From: an uncultured bacterium | Lineage (GTDB): Bacteria; Oederibacteriota; PGYV01; CAWJRG01 | Reading direction: 5' to 3' | DNA length: 64,000 bases | NCBI GenBank assembly: GCA_963845185.1 | Contig: CAWJRG010000010.1 | Span: forward strand, 544,001 to 608,000 | Shown here: in pieces, positions 49,276-58,911 of the stretch | Numbering within the stretch: the stretch's first letter is position 1 | Layout of the letters: each line of letters starts with the position of its first letter | The notes under the pieces: generated by a model | Seen by the model: the letters and a program-made list of their open reading frames with translations, nothing else | Database searches by the model: none | Told to the model about the DNA's origin: nothing | Translations under genes and position numbers: made by a program

Positions 49276-50484
49276 TTATACTTTCTCATAAGGGTCAAAA
49301 AGCCTTTTATATTCCTCAAGTATTGCCCTGTCAGTCATGCCGGCTATGTAGTCGCATATTACCCTTTTTAGGGAATCCTTTTCCAGGCGTTTCCTGATAT
49401 TTTCAGGCAATATTGACGAAGATGCGCCGTGTTTGTCTTTTATTATTGCCCTGCTTTCATATATTTTAAACAGTTCTTTTATTACCCTGTATGCCTTATC
49501 CTCCATCCTGATGACTTTATAATGCTTGTAAAGGTTTTTATAAAGAAAATCCTTGATGTCTTTGTGCATTTCTTCGGTTTTTTTGTCAAAAACAGCAAGG
49601 TTTTTTTTGTGCTTTCTCACTTTTTCCACAGAATCTATTTTATGCTGCTCGATATTTTTAAATGTATTGTTTGTCAGGTTTGTAACCTGTATGTTAATAA
49701 GTGCCCTTGTAATATTATATTTTTTCATATCAAGCGACAGTGTCACAAATTTTTTCATATCGATTGTTTTTTCAATTTCTCCCCATATCAGTGTCTTTTT
49801 CAGGTCCTCAACTTCCAAAATACCGGATGTTATGCCGTCATCCACGTCGTGTGAATTATAGGCGATTTCATCGGCGATGTTTACGACTTGGCCCTCGAGC
49901 GTAGCCTTCAACTCAAGCTCATACTCCTTATAATCTTTATAAACCGGCGAGTCGTAGGATGTCTTATGCTTTACCATTCCCTCCCGCAGCTCCCATGAAA
50001 GGTTTAATCCCGGGAAATCCGGATATTTTTCCTCCAGTTCCTCAAGCACGCGTAAACCCTGTATGTTATGCTCAAACCCGCCCTCGTCTTTTGTAAGCTC
50101 ATTCAAAGTTGCTTCGCCGGAATGCCCGAAAGGCGTGTGGCCTATATCGTGAGCCAGGGCTATTGACTCTGTAAGTTCTTCGTTCAGACGTAGTGTTTTT
50201 GCTATGCTTCGCGCTATCTGCGCAACTTCGTTGGTATGTGTAAGCCTTGTCCTGTAATAATCACCTTCATGGTTAACGAATACCTGGGTTTTGTATTCCA
50301 GTTTCCTGAAAGCGGTCGAATGTATTATCCTGTCCCTGTCGCGGCCGTAAACCGAGCGGAAAGGATGCTCCTTTTCCGGGTATTTCCGGCCTTTTGTGTA
50401 TTTGCTCTTCATGGCATAAGGCGCAAGCATTTTTTCCTCAAATTCCTCAAGCTTTTGCCTTGTCAATAAAAATACGTTCTCCAT
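49276..50484 (-). CDS. dgt: dGTP/dNTP triphosphohydrolase
   Basis: RDRDRIIHS, KTQVF, RTRLTH, LAHDIGHTPFGHSGE, ADEIAYNSHD, DYIAGMTD. Confidence 0.95.
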   Translation of the reverse strand: MENVFLLTRQKLEEFEEKMLAPYAMKSKYTKGRKYPEKEHPFRSVYGRDRDRIIHSTAFRKLEYKTQVFVNHEGDYYRTRLTHTNEVAQIARSIAKTLRLNEELTESIALAHDIGHTPFGHSGEATLNELTKDEGGFEHNIQGLRVLEELEEKYPDFPGLNLSWELREGMVKHKTSYDSPVYKDYKEYELELKATLEGQVVNIADEIAYNSHDVDDGITSGILEVEDLKKTLIWGEIEKTIDMKKFVTLSLDMKKYNITRALINIQVTNLTNNTFKNIEQHKIDSVEKVRKHKKNLAVFDKKTEEMHKDIKDFLYKNLYKHYKVIRMEDKAYRVIKELFKIYESRAIIKDKHGASSSILPENIRKRLEKDSLKRVICDYIAGMTDRAILEEYKRLFDPYEKV

Positions 50485-51810
50485 TTAATCCCCTGATTTT
50501 AACGTGGTATTCGGTATAATGTATTCCATAAATAAATCCTTAAGGCGTTTTGAATAATCGCCTTTTGCCGCAAGTTTTTCAATTCTTTTCAGCAAATCGG
50601 AAAATACCGCGTCTTTTATTTCCATGTTTGTGGCGACTTCCACCGCCACCAGCCTCTCTTCGAAAATTTCCCTTAGTGCCTTGAAGAATCTTTTTGCCTT
50701 GTCGCCCTCGGCGCCGGTCATGGCATTGAAGTTGGATATTACCCTGGGTATTTCAAACATCGCGTCCTGACGCGTATTGCCGTCCTTATCCTGAAAAGCC
50801 TTCTTCAGAACATCCTTGTTTTTTGTTGCAGCAGCATCAGCGGCTTTTAAAAAAAGTGCCTCTGCTTTCTTCCTGTCCGTCCTGGCGGCAAAAAGTTCAA
50901 AAAAAACTTTCTGGGTTTCCTCAAAAAGACCTATCAGGCTGGTTTTCTCTTCGTTGGCTAATTTAAGTTCCGTAAGCTCACTTTGCAGTATTTCGCTTTC
51001 CTTTTTAACCTCATCTAGTTTGCTTAATATAGCCTGCCTTTTGCGTTTTCTTTCCTCTTCGATTTCCGTCAGGAGCTGTTCCTTCATTTTTTCTCTTAAC
51101 TCGGATTCCTGTTGCGTCCTTTTTTCGTCCTCGGCCTTTTTAAGTTCAAAGAGCTGTTTGAGTATCGCTTCTTTTTTTTGCTTTTCCTGCTCTTCCATTT
51201 CTTTTTTTAGCTCATCTTTTATAATATCTTTAAGCTCGCTTTCTTCCTTTGCCCTTTTATCATCTTCCAATTGTTTTAAGACCTGCAGTTGTTTAAGTAT
51301 TCCTTCTTTTTTCCGTTTTTCTTCTTCCTCAAGCTCTTTTCTTATTTTTAACTCGATTTCTTTACGGCTTTCCTCGGCCTTTTTCCTTGCTTCTGCCTCT
51401 ATCTTTTCCTTCATTTCCTTTTCCAGTTTAGCCCTGATTTCAGCTTCTATCCTTGCTCTCATTTCCTCCTCGGTTGTTGTTTCTACTGTATCTCTTTTTT
51501 GCATGGCGTTTTCTTTTTCTATCATTTCATCGGTCTTCTCCTGTATTTCGATATTAATAAGCTTTTCTTTTTCTTCCTGCGTTTCTATTTCCATTGCTTT
51601 TTCCAGTTCTTTCATTACTTCTTTTTCCATGCCGCCCTGCATTTCTTTCTCCATTACTTCCTTAATTTCTTCAGCAAGCTGCTGCTCAACTTCTTCTTTA
51701 ACTTCTTTTTCCATGGCCTTATTAAGTCTTTGGCGTTCTTCCTCAAACTCTCGCAGGAGCTGTTCTTCTTCTTCTGTCAATTTTCCTGTTTGTCCAAATT
51801 CATTGGCCAT
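50485..51810 (-). CDS. Hypothetical E/K/R-rich helical rod protein, paralogue 3
   Basis: 441 aa; shares N motif and C-terminal domain with its two neighbours; GAGG RBS. Confidence 0.8.
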   Translation of the reverse strand: MANEFGQTGKLTEEEEQLLREFEEERQRLNKAMEKEVKEEVEQQLAEEIKEVMEKEMQGGMEKEVMKELEKAMEIETQEEKEKLINIEIQEKTDEMIEKENAMQKRDTVETTTEEEMRARIEAEIRAKLEKEMKEKIEAEARKKAEESRKEIELKIRKELEEEEKRKKEGILKQLQVLKQLEDDKRAKEESELKDIIKDELKKEMEEQEKQKKEAILKQLFELKKAEDEKRTQQESELREKMKEQLLTEIEEERKRKRQAILSKLDEVKKESEILQSELTELKLANEEKTSLIGLFEETQKVFFELFAARTDRKKAEALFLKAADAAATKNKDVLKKAFQDKDGNTRQDAMFEIPRVISNFNAMTGAEGDKAKRFFKALREIFEERLVAVEVATNMEIKDAVFSDLLKRIEKLAAKGDYSKRLKDLFMEYIIPNTTLKSGD

Positions 51811-51829
51811 ATTTATCCCTCAATTTTGT

Positions 51830-53671
51830 TCATATTTTCGGTGCTATATTCTGCATGAATAAATCTTTGAATTTTTTATCATAATTTGCTTTTGTCAAAA
51901 GCCTGTCTATCTGTGTAAGTACGGAGGCTATGATTTCGTTTTTTGCTTCTTTGCCAAGTGTTTTCTCGGTTTCCCTTAATCTTTCTTCAAAAATTTCGCG
52001 TAACGTTTCAAAAAAGCTTTTTGACGCTTCTTCTTCCGGCATCTTTAACGCGCCTACATTTGACGCCACCTGTGCAACATCCAAGGAACCGTCAGATTTT
52101 AATTTTCCTTCTTTGTTATATCTTGCCTTTTGCAATACATCATAGTGCTTGCTAGTTGCGTTTGTTGCAACTTTAAAAAACATATTTTCTGCGTCATTAC
52201 GGTTTATCCTCTTGCCGTATATATCAAGGAAGATTTTCTGCGATATCTCAAAAATCTGCATTAGGGCTATCCTTCCGTCCTTGCTAACAGCAACATTCTC
52301 CATTGCCTTTTTTAGTGCCAGTTCTTTCTTTTTTTCCTCTTTTTCTTTTTTCGCAGCTTCAAGCTTGGCAATTATTTCTTTTTTCTTACTTTCCTTTTCT
52401 TCTTCTATTTCTTTTCGGAGCTCTATTTTCATCTTTTCCCTTAGCTCCGGCTCCACTTTTGCCTTTATGCGTGCTTCATCTTCTTTATTAGCTTCCTCTG
52501 ATTTTTTCATTTCCTGGGCTTTTCTTAACTGCTGTTCTTTCTTTATTCTTTCCTGCTCTGCCTGTATTTTCTTAAACTCTTCCGAGTCTCTTATATCCTG
52601 CAGTTGCTTGCGCAAATCTTCCATTTTCCTTTTTTCGCGTTCCTCAAACTCTTTCTGCAGTTCCTGTTTCATTTTTTCCTTTAATTCTCGTTCTAATTTC
52701 TCTTTTTCCCGTTCTTCCTCCATCTTGCTTATTTCAACTGATTTCTTTAATTCCAGCATTTGTTTGCTTAATTCTTTTTCTCTTCGCTTATCGTGCTCTT
52801 CAAATTCCCTTAGAAGCTCTTTCCTCATTCTCTCTTTCAAATCCTGTTCAATAATTGCTTTCCTGTTCTCTTCTTCTGCTTTTGTAATTTCATTGCCTTT
52901 TTTAAGTTCGTTAAGCTCTTTTTGTATTTCTTCACTCCTTATCTTTTCCCTTTCGTCAAATTCACGCTTTAATTCCTCGCGTACTTTATCTTTTAATTCA
53001 TCCTCGTATTTTTCCTTTTTTAAATCGTCCATTCTCCTGATTTCTTGTATCTGTTTTAATAATTCTTCTCTTTTTTTCTGTTCCTCTTGTGCAAACTGGC
53101 GTAAAAGCTCATCCTTTAACTTATCTGCCAGTTCCAGCTCATGCTGTTTCCGTCTTTCCTCCTCCATTTGCTTGAAAAGATCAAGCCTTTGCTGTAATTC
53201 TTCCCTTCGGATTTTCTCCTTTTCAATTACTTCCTCCCTTATTCTCTCCTCAAGCTCGTTTCTTGTCGCCTCTATCCTGTCCCTTGCTTCTGCTTCAATT
53301 TCTCCTTTTAGTTCATTTTCTATTTTAACCCTTAGTTCTTCTTCAAGGTGCCTTTTAAGTTCCTCCACATCAATGGCGGGCTCGACAACGGCCGCAGCTT
53401 TTTTTTCGGCTTCTTTAATGGCCTCACGCTCAATTTCACGCTCAACTTCTTCGCGTACCTCACGTTCAATCTCCACGTCAAGTTCTTTTTTCACTTCGAG
53501 CTCAATTTCATCAAGCGTTCCCTGTTTCATAGCCTGTTTGATTTCTTCTTCTATTTCATGCTCGATATCATCTTCAAGCTCGTGTTCCATTTGCCTTTTT
53601 AAACTTTCGCGCTCGGCTTCAAATTCGCGTAAAAGCGCCTCTTCCTCTTCTGATAATCTTCTTTTTGCCAT
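51830..53671 (-). CDS. Hypothetical E/K/R-rich helical rod protein, paralogue 2
   Basis: 613 aa; 45/52-aa internal repeats; shared head and tail. Confidence 0.8.
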   Translation of the reverse strand: MAKRRLSEEEEALLREFEAERESLKRQMEHELEDDIEHEIEEEIKQAMKQGTLDEIELEVKKELDVEIEREVREEVEREIEREAIKEAEKKAAAVVEPAIDVEELKRHLEEELRVKIENELKGEIEAEARDRIEATRNELEERIREEVIEKEKIRREELQQRLDLFKQMEEERRKQHELELADKLKDELLRQFAQEEQKKREELLKQIQEIRRMDDLKKEKYEDELKDKVREELKREFDEREKIRSEEIQKELNELKKGNEITKAEEENRKAIIEQDLKERMRKELLREFEEHDKRREKELSKQMLELKKSVEISKMEEEREKEKLERELKEKMKQELQKEFEEREKRKMEDLRKQLQDIRDSEEFKKIQAEQERIKKEQQLRKAQEMKKSEEANKEDEARIKAKVEPELREKMKIELRKEIEEEKESKKKEIIAKLEAAKKEKEEKKKELALKKAMENVAVSKDGRIALMQIFEISQKIFLDIYGKRINRNDAENMFFKVATNATSKHYDVLQKARYNKEGKLKSDGSLDVAQVASNVGALKMPEEEASKSFFETLREIFEERLRETEKTLGKEAKNEIIASVLTQIDRLLTKANYDKKFKDLFMQNIAPKI

Positions 53672-53792
53672 TTTATTTCCTTTTTCTTATAAGTAATATT
53701 TACTGGCTTAACATACAAAACATACGATTTTGAAATAACTTCAATAAATTAATAATTTTAATTTAATGATTACTCACTACCTGCCCTTAACA

Positions 53793-54674
53793 TCATTCCC
53801 CTGGTTTTATAGCGGTACTTGGAACTACAAAATCCATAAATATACTCTTGACTTTTTGTGTAAACAAAACATTCTCAGTTATTTTTCCAAACTGCCGGAA
53901 CAGCTTTGACATAATTTCATTTTTAACCTGGCTCCCAAGCGCAATTTCAATTGCTATGAGCCTTTCTTCAAATATATCTTCAAGCGCTTCAATAACTTTT
54001 TTAGTTTTAATATCCTCTCCGCCCTGAAGTGCGTTAATATTGGCTATTAGCCTGCCTGCTTCTATTATACCGTCATTCTTTAATTTTCCGTTTTGATTAT
54101 AATCAACCTTCTTTAAAACTTCATTATGTTTTTCAATTGCTTGTTCAAGGGTTTTTAAAAACATTGTATTGACCGGTTTCTTCTTTATAAGTTTGCCGAG
54201 CAATTCGGCCAAAATCTTTTGTGCACGGTCAAAAAGCTGTATCAGGGCAATCCTTTCGCCATATGTCATTGTAAAATTTATACTATCCTGCATATTTTGA
54301 ACTTCACGTTTATCTGGGTTCTGCTGGTCTGTTTTTTGTTCAACCACGGAATTTTCTTTTTTTGACCCGGATAAAGCTTCTGCCAGTTTCTCCCTGTCGA
54401 TTACGAGATAACCTGCAAACCCGCCCTTTGTTTCTTCCTCTTTTTTTATTAATTCTCTTTCCACTTCAAATTGTTTTAACAATTCTTCTTCATCGACAGA
54501 TAGCTCTTTTTTAGCTGTATCATCAGTGTGCTTATGTATGGATTCTTTTTCTTCACCGTTTAATATCTTTTTTGCCTTGTCGGCATCTACTTTTTCAATT
54601 TGTTCACCGAACAAAATAGAAACAATGTCGGTAAAATCTATTTTGTAATCGTCGTTTTCCGGCATAAAATTCAT
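53793..54674 (-). CDS. Hypothetical protein, paralogue 1 (head and tail, no rod)
   Basis: 293 aa; LSVDEEELLKQFEVERE and ALEDIFEERL motifs shared with neighbours. Confidence 0.8.
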   Translation of the reverse strand: MNFMPENDDYKIDFTDIVSILFGEQIEKVDADKAKKILNGEEKESIHKHTDDTAKKELSVDEEELLKQFEVERELIKKEEETKGGFAGYLVIDREKLAEALSGSKKENSVVEQKTDQQNPDKREVQNMQDSINFTMTYGERIALIQLFDRAQKILAELLGKLIKKKPVNTMFLKTLEQAIEKHNEVLKKVDYNQNGKLKNDGIIEAGRLIANINALQGGEDIKTKKVIEALEDIFEERLIAIEIALGSQVKNEIMSKLFRQFGKITENVLFTQKVKSIFMDFVVPSTAIKPGE

Positions 54675-54708
54675 CCCTTTTTGCGTTAAAATTCAAGCAT
54701 TTGAAGTT

Positions 54709-54737
54709 AATTTATCATAATAACTGTACCATGTCAA
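54709..54737 (-). promoter_or_regulatory. Sigma70-type promoter for the paralogue cluster
   Basis: TTGACA-17 nt-TAAATT. Confidence 0.55.
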
Positions 54738-54803
54738 TCAGTGGTTATATTTTGTTTTTGTACTTTACTGCAATGAACCCGGAGTAGCATCTTATCACTG
54801 TTC

Positions 54804-57014
54804 TTAATTGTCTGTTTTTTCAAGACCGCCATATTTTGCCGATATCAATTTTTTGCCGTATTTATTAAAATTTATGGTAAGTTTTAGGTCGTCACCGTAT
54901 GACTCGACTTTCATGATTGTACCCGTACCCATTTTCTTATGCTTAACTGTTTCCCCTGGTTTATAAGGTATATCTATATCCGACGGCATATCAAGGTATT
55001 CTGTATCAATATCCCGGATTGTATCAATTATATCGCCGTTTTCAAGATATTTTTCCTTTACCGCATTAATCGGCATCCTGCCCTTATAGTCAATCAACTC
55101 GGCTGGTATTTCATTCAAAAATCTTGAAACTGTGCCCATTTTTTTTGTACCAAACTGTCTTCTTGCCACTGCACTTAATAAATATAATTTTTTCTTTGCC
55201 CTTGTTATACCCACATAACACAGCCGTCTTTCCTCTTCAATACCACCCGGCTCTTCCATACAATTCCTGTGAGGGAAAAGATTTTCATCCATGCCTGTCA
55301 TAAAGACAACGCTGAATTCAAGTCCCTTTGCGCTGTGCAGAGTCATCAGTGTCACTGCGTTAGCATCTTTATCCCATTTATCAAAATCAGTCATTAAGGC
55401 TACCTGCCCGAGAAAATCCTGAAGATTCGTTTCTTCGCCTCTTTCCTCGTATTCCGCAAGCGCGGATACAAGCTCTTTTATATTTTCAACTCTGTCTTTG
55501 GCCTTTATTGACGTATCGTTTTGCCAGTAGTCAAGATAACCCGTTGAAACCAGTATGGCGTTGAGTATTTCGGTTGGTTTCATTTTATCTTTTCGCGCGT
55601 TAAGTTCTTTTATTAAGGCATGTAATTGTTTTATTGCTGTTTTTGCTGAATCCTTAACGTCGATAATTTCATCCACAACGTTTAAGCCTTCAAACAGCGA
55701 CATATTGTTTTTAAAGATATGCTCCTCAATTTTTGATACAGTAGTATCCCCTATGCCTCTAGGCGGTACGTTTATTATCCTTTTAAAACTGATAACATCA
55801 AAAGGGTTTGCAATTATCCTTAGATATGCCACCAGATCCTTTATTTCCATTCTTGCGTAAAATTGAGTGCCCCCAATCAGCTTGTACGGAACTCCTGCAC
55901 GCCTGAATTTATCTTCAAATATCCTTGACTGCGCGTTTGTCCTGTAAAAAATAGCCATATCTTTAAGCTCTACATCAGAGTGCGAGAGCAAACTTGCTAC
56001 TTCATTTATAATAAAATCGGCTTCGTCGCCTTCGTCATCTGCGTAATAAAAAACAATTTTATCGCCATCTTCGTTCTTGCTCCACAATTCTTTGTCTTTT
56101 CTTTCCTTATTATTTGTTATCACTGCATGTGCAGCTTTCAAAATGTTTTTTGTCGATCTGTAATTCTGTTCAAGCCTGATAACTTTTGTTTCCTTGTAAT
56201 CTTCCTCAAATTCAAGTATGTTTGTAATATCTGCACCACGGAACCTGTATATGCTCTGATCGTCGTCGCCAACCACACAGATATTCTTATATTTTTCAGC
56301 AAGAAGCGAAATCAAGACATATTGGGAATTATTTATATCCTGATATTCATCAATAAGTATATACCTAAACCTTTCCCTGTAAAGTTGCAGTGTGTCCGGA
56401 TCATTTTTAAAAAGTTTTATAGGCTTGATTATGAGATCGTCAAAGTCAAAGGCATTATTGCGTTTAAGCTTATCTTCGTAAATTGAATATATTTTAGAAA
56501 CTGCGTCTCCTTCTATTGTATTTGAATATTCTTTTTCGTATTCATCCGGAGTCACAAGTTGGTTTTTTATATCCTGTATCAGCTTTATAACTTTGTATGG
56601 TTTTATCTCCTTTTCGGAAATTCTCGCCTCGTGCATGCATTCTTTTACAAGTCTTTCCCTATCATCCTCGTCAAAAACAGAAAAGCTGTTTGTAAAACCA
56701 AGTTTGCCTGCTTGCTTCCTCAATATCCTGCTTCCAAAAGAATGAAATGTACTCATCCAGATTTTACCAGCAGGTTGTCCCACGACGTTTTGTATTCTTT
56801 GTTTCATTTCATCAGCAGCCTTGTTCGTGAATGTAACAGCCAGAATATTATCGGGGCTTATTTTATATTCAGATATAAGATAAGCTATTCTGTATGTTAT
56901 TACCCTTGTTTTTCCACTGCCGGCTCCGGCTAAAATCAAAAGCGGGCCGTCCTTATGCTTTACTGCTTCAAGCTGTTGTTCATTAAGCAAAGTTTCTAAT
57001 TTCAAATTTTTCAC
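54804..57014 (-). CDS. pcrA: UvrD/PcrA ATP-dependent DNA helicase
   Basis: AGAGSGKT, TFTNKAA, DEYQD, GDDDQSIY, QNYRS, HSAKGLEF, EERRLCYVGITRA. Confidence 0.97.
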   Translation of the reverse strand: MKNLKLETLLNEQQLEAVKHKDGPLLILAGAGSGKTRVITYRIAYLISEYKISPDNILAVTFTNKAADEMKQRIQNVVGQPAGKIWMSTFHSFGSRILRKQAGKLGFTNSFSVFDEDDRERLVKECMHEARISEKEIKPYKVIKLIQDIKNQLVTPDEYEKEYSNTIEGDAVSKIYSIYEDKLKRNNAFDFDDLIIKPIKLFKNDPDTLQLYRERFRYILIDEYQDINNSQYVLISLLAEKYKNICVVGDDDQSIYRFRGADITNILEFEEDYKETKVIRLEQNYRSTKNILKAAHAVITNNKERKDKELWSKNEDGDKIVFYYADDEGDEADFIINEVASLLSHSDVELKDMAIFYRTNAQSRIFEDKFRRAGVPYKLIGGTQFYARMEIKDLVAYLRIIANPFDVISFKRIINVPPRGIGDTTVSKIEEHIFKNNMSLFEGLNVVDEIIDVKDSAKTAIKQLHALIKELNARKDKMKPTEILNAILVSTGYLDYWQNDTSIKAKDRVENIKELVSALAEYEERGEETNLQDFLGQVALMTDFDKWDKDANAVTLMTLHSAKGLEFSVVFMTGMDENLFPHRNCMEEPGGIEEERRLCYVGITRAKKKLYLLSAVARRQFGTKKMGTVSRFLNEIPAELIDYKGRMPINAVKEKYLENGDIIDTIRDIDTEYLDMPSDIDIPYKPGETVKHKKMGTGTIMKVESYGDDLKLTINFNKYGKKLISAKYGGLEKTDN

Positions 57015-57088
57015 CTTGTTAATAATTTTTAAATGGAATTATTATAATATAAAATTTAAAAATGCATTTTAATGGACAGGTTTGTTTA

Positions 57089-57116
57089 ATTATAATGTTT
57101 AATAAAGGTTTGTCAA
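57089..57116 (-). promoter_or_regulatory. Sigma70-type promoter of pcrA
   Basis: TTGACA-16 nt-TATAAT. Confidence 0.6.
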
Positions 57117-57211
57117 GAAAGTAAGTTCTGTAATTTTACAAAATTTTGTAAGGCTTCTAAAATTACCGCATGCTGCATAATGATATGTTTGTCAATAGCG
57201 TTACATATTGA

Positions 57212-58438
57212 TCAATTCATTTCTTCCTTATATTTTTCCTTTATAGCCCTGATTATGTCGTATACTGAAAAGAAAATATCCACAATTTCAGGATCAAAAT
57301 GTTTGCCTTTATTTTCTTTTATATAATCAAGAACCCTTCCTTCCTCCCAGGCATCCTTATACACTCTTTTCGAAATTAAAGCGTCATAAACGTCGGCCAA
57401 GCCGACAATCCTTGCTGTGACTGGTATCTGATTTTCTTTCTTGCCCATTTTTAATGTTATCGGGCCATTGTTAACATTGTCAATCACTCCGGGATATCCT
57501 GTGCCGTCCCACTTTTCATGATGATTAAGCGCGACCTCGGCGGACATAAAATCAAGTTCTGAATCTGACTGTTCAAAAAACCTCGCCCCATAAATTGTAT
57601 GCAGCTTCATTATATTGTACTCTTCCTCATCAAGTTTCCCCGGCTTTTTAAGGATTTTATCCGAAATCGCAATTTTACCTACATCGTGGAGCATCGAAGC
57701 AATCCTAAGCTTATCCTTAAATCTCCTTACAAGTTCCTGGGGAAAATCCCTCTGCTCAGCCCATTTATTGTAAATTTCAATCGTATATGACGACATCCTG
57801 TTCACATGTTCGCCTGTTTCCTTGGGATCCCTGAATTCAACCATTCTAATCATTCGCAAAACCATGGCCCTTGTTAATTTTGCCTTGTCTATAGCTATTG
57901 AGGCACTGTTGGCCAGGTATGTCACGTACATTACGTCTTCGTTGTTAAAGACCCTAGGTTTGCCTTTTTCATCGCGCGCATTTATTACTTGTAGCACGCC
58001 TATTACCCTGTTCATTGAGGTCTTAAGAGGCATTGTTAAAACCGATCTTGTCCTGTAATCGGATGACTCGTCAAATGATTTATCAAAGCCAAAAGATGAT
58101 TTTGCGCCTATCTTATATGCATCGGATATGTTAAGGGATTCCGACTTCAAAGCGACATAACCCGCTATTGAAGTGTTGTTTATTTCAATAAAATGATCTA
58201 AGTATTTATATTTATTTGCCGGACTTTTTTTAAAAAGCTTGTCATTCTGAATATAACTTATTTTTAATTTATTGTCTTCGCATAAAAATATAGTCCCGCC
58301 TTCTGCGTTTGTGACTTTCCTTACTCTGAATAAAACCATATCAAGAAGTTCGTCAATATCTGCGATATTATTTATCTCTTCAGTTACTTTTAAAACATTT
58401 TTCATCATTTCTTCAAAGCGCGTTGTTTTTATGCTCAT
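57212..58438 (-). CDS. GAF plus HD-GYP cyclic-dinucleotide phosphodiesterase
   Basis: GAF (YRTRSVLTMPL..IGVLQVIN), ETGEH, LHDVGK, HHEKWDGTGYP, ADVYDAL; ATGA overlap with the upstream gene. Confidence 0.9.
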   Translation of the reverse strand: MSIKTTRFEEMMKNVLKVTEEINNIADIDELLDMVLFRVRKVTNAEGGTIFLCEDNKLKISYIQNDKLFKKSPANKYKYLDHFIEINNTSIAGYVALKSESLNISDAYKIGAKSSFGFDKSFDESSDYRTRSVLTMPLKTSMNRVIGVLQVINARDEKGKPRVFNNEDVMYVTYLANSASIAIDKAKLTRAMVLRMIRMVEFRDPKETGEHVNRMSSYTIEIYNKWAEQRDFPQELVRRFKDKLRIASMLHDVGKIAISDKILKKPGKLDEEEYNIMKLHTIYGARFFEQSDSELDFMSAEVALNHHEKWDGTGYPGVIDNVNNGPITLKMGKKENQIPVTARIVGLADVYDALISKRVYKDAWEEGRVLDYIKENKGKHFDPEIVDIFFSVYDIIRAIKEKYKEEMN

Positions 58439-58851
58439 GATTGTAATCCTTTTTTGCTTTGGACGTGCTCTTTCATTATGCACTTGTCCATTACAACATC
58501 TATTTCGTTTTTTCTAGCTATATCGGCTGCTTCCTCGTTTATAATGTTTTCCTGCATCCATATAGCCTTTGGCTTAATTTTAATTGCTTCCTCGACAACA
58601 GGCATAACTTCTTCGGAACGTCTGAAAATAACAACCATATCAACATGCTCCTTTATATCCTTAAGATTCCTGTAAACAGGCTCACCCAGTATTATTTCTT
58701 CTCTAGGGTAAACCGGTATTATTTTATAACCCTGTGACTGCATATATTCTGACACTATATTCGAAGCTCGCTCAGGTTTTGGCGACAAACCAACCACTGC
58801 AATTGTTTTTGTGTATTTTAATAATTTATTTATATTAGCATCCATTTTCAA
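58435..58851 (-). CDS. CoA-binding protein (YccU-like)
   Basis: IAVVGLSPKPER, IIPV, WMQ, VVMDKC. Confidence 0.9.
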   Translation of the reverse strand: MKMDANINKLLKYTKTIAVVGLSPKPERASNIVSEYMQSQGYKIIPVYPREEIILGEPVYRNLKDIKEHVDMVVIFRRSEEVMPVVEEAIKIKPKAIWMQENIINEEAADIARKNEIDVVMDKCIMKEHVQSKKGLQS

Positions 58852-58874
58852 TCCTTACTAAATACTTTACATAT

Positions 58875-58903
58875 ATTATAACAAAATATTTAAATTTTTG
58901 CAA
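58875..58903 (-). promoter_or_regulatory. Sigma70-type promoter
   Basis: TTGCAA-17 nt-TATAAT. Confidence 0.55.
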
Positions 58904-58911
58904 GTTTATTT

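Noticed and set aside
49276..50484. dgt as a dedicated anti-phage dGTPase
   Set aside because: Motifs and size fit the widespread housekeeping-type enzyme, and the context is not a recognisable defence island.
50816..53696. Long plus-strand ORFs (348 and 515 aa) rich in S/F/L
   Set aside because: Antisense shadows of the E/K/R-rich genes; their composition mirrors those codons.
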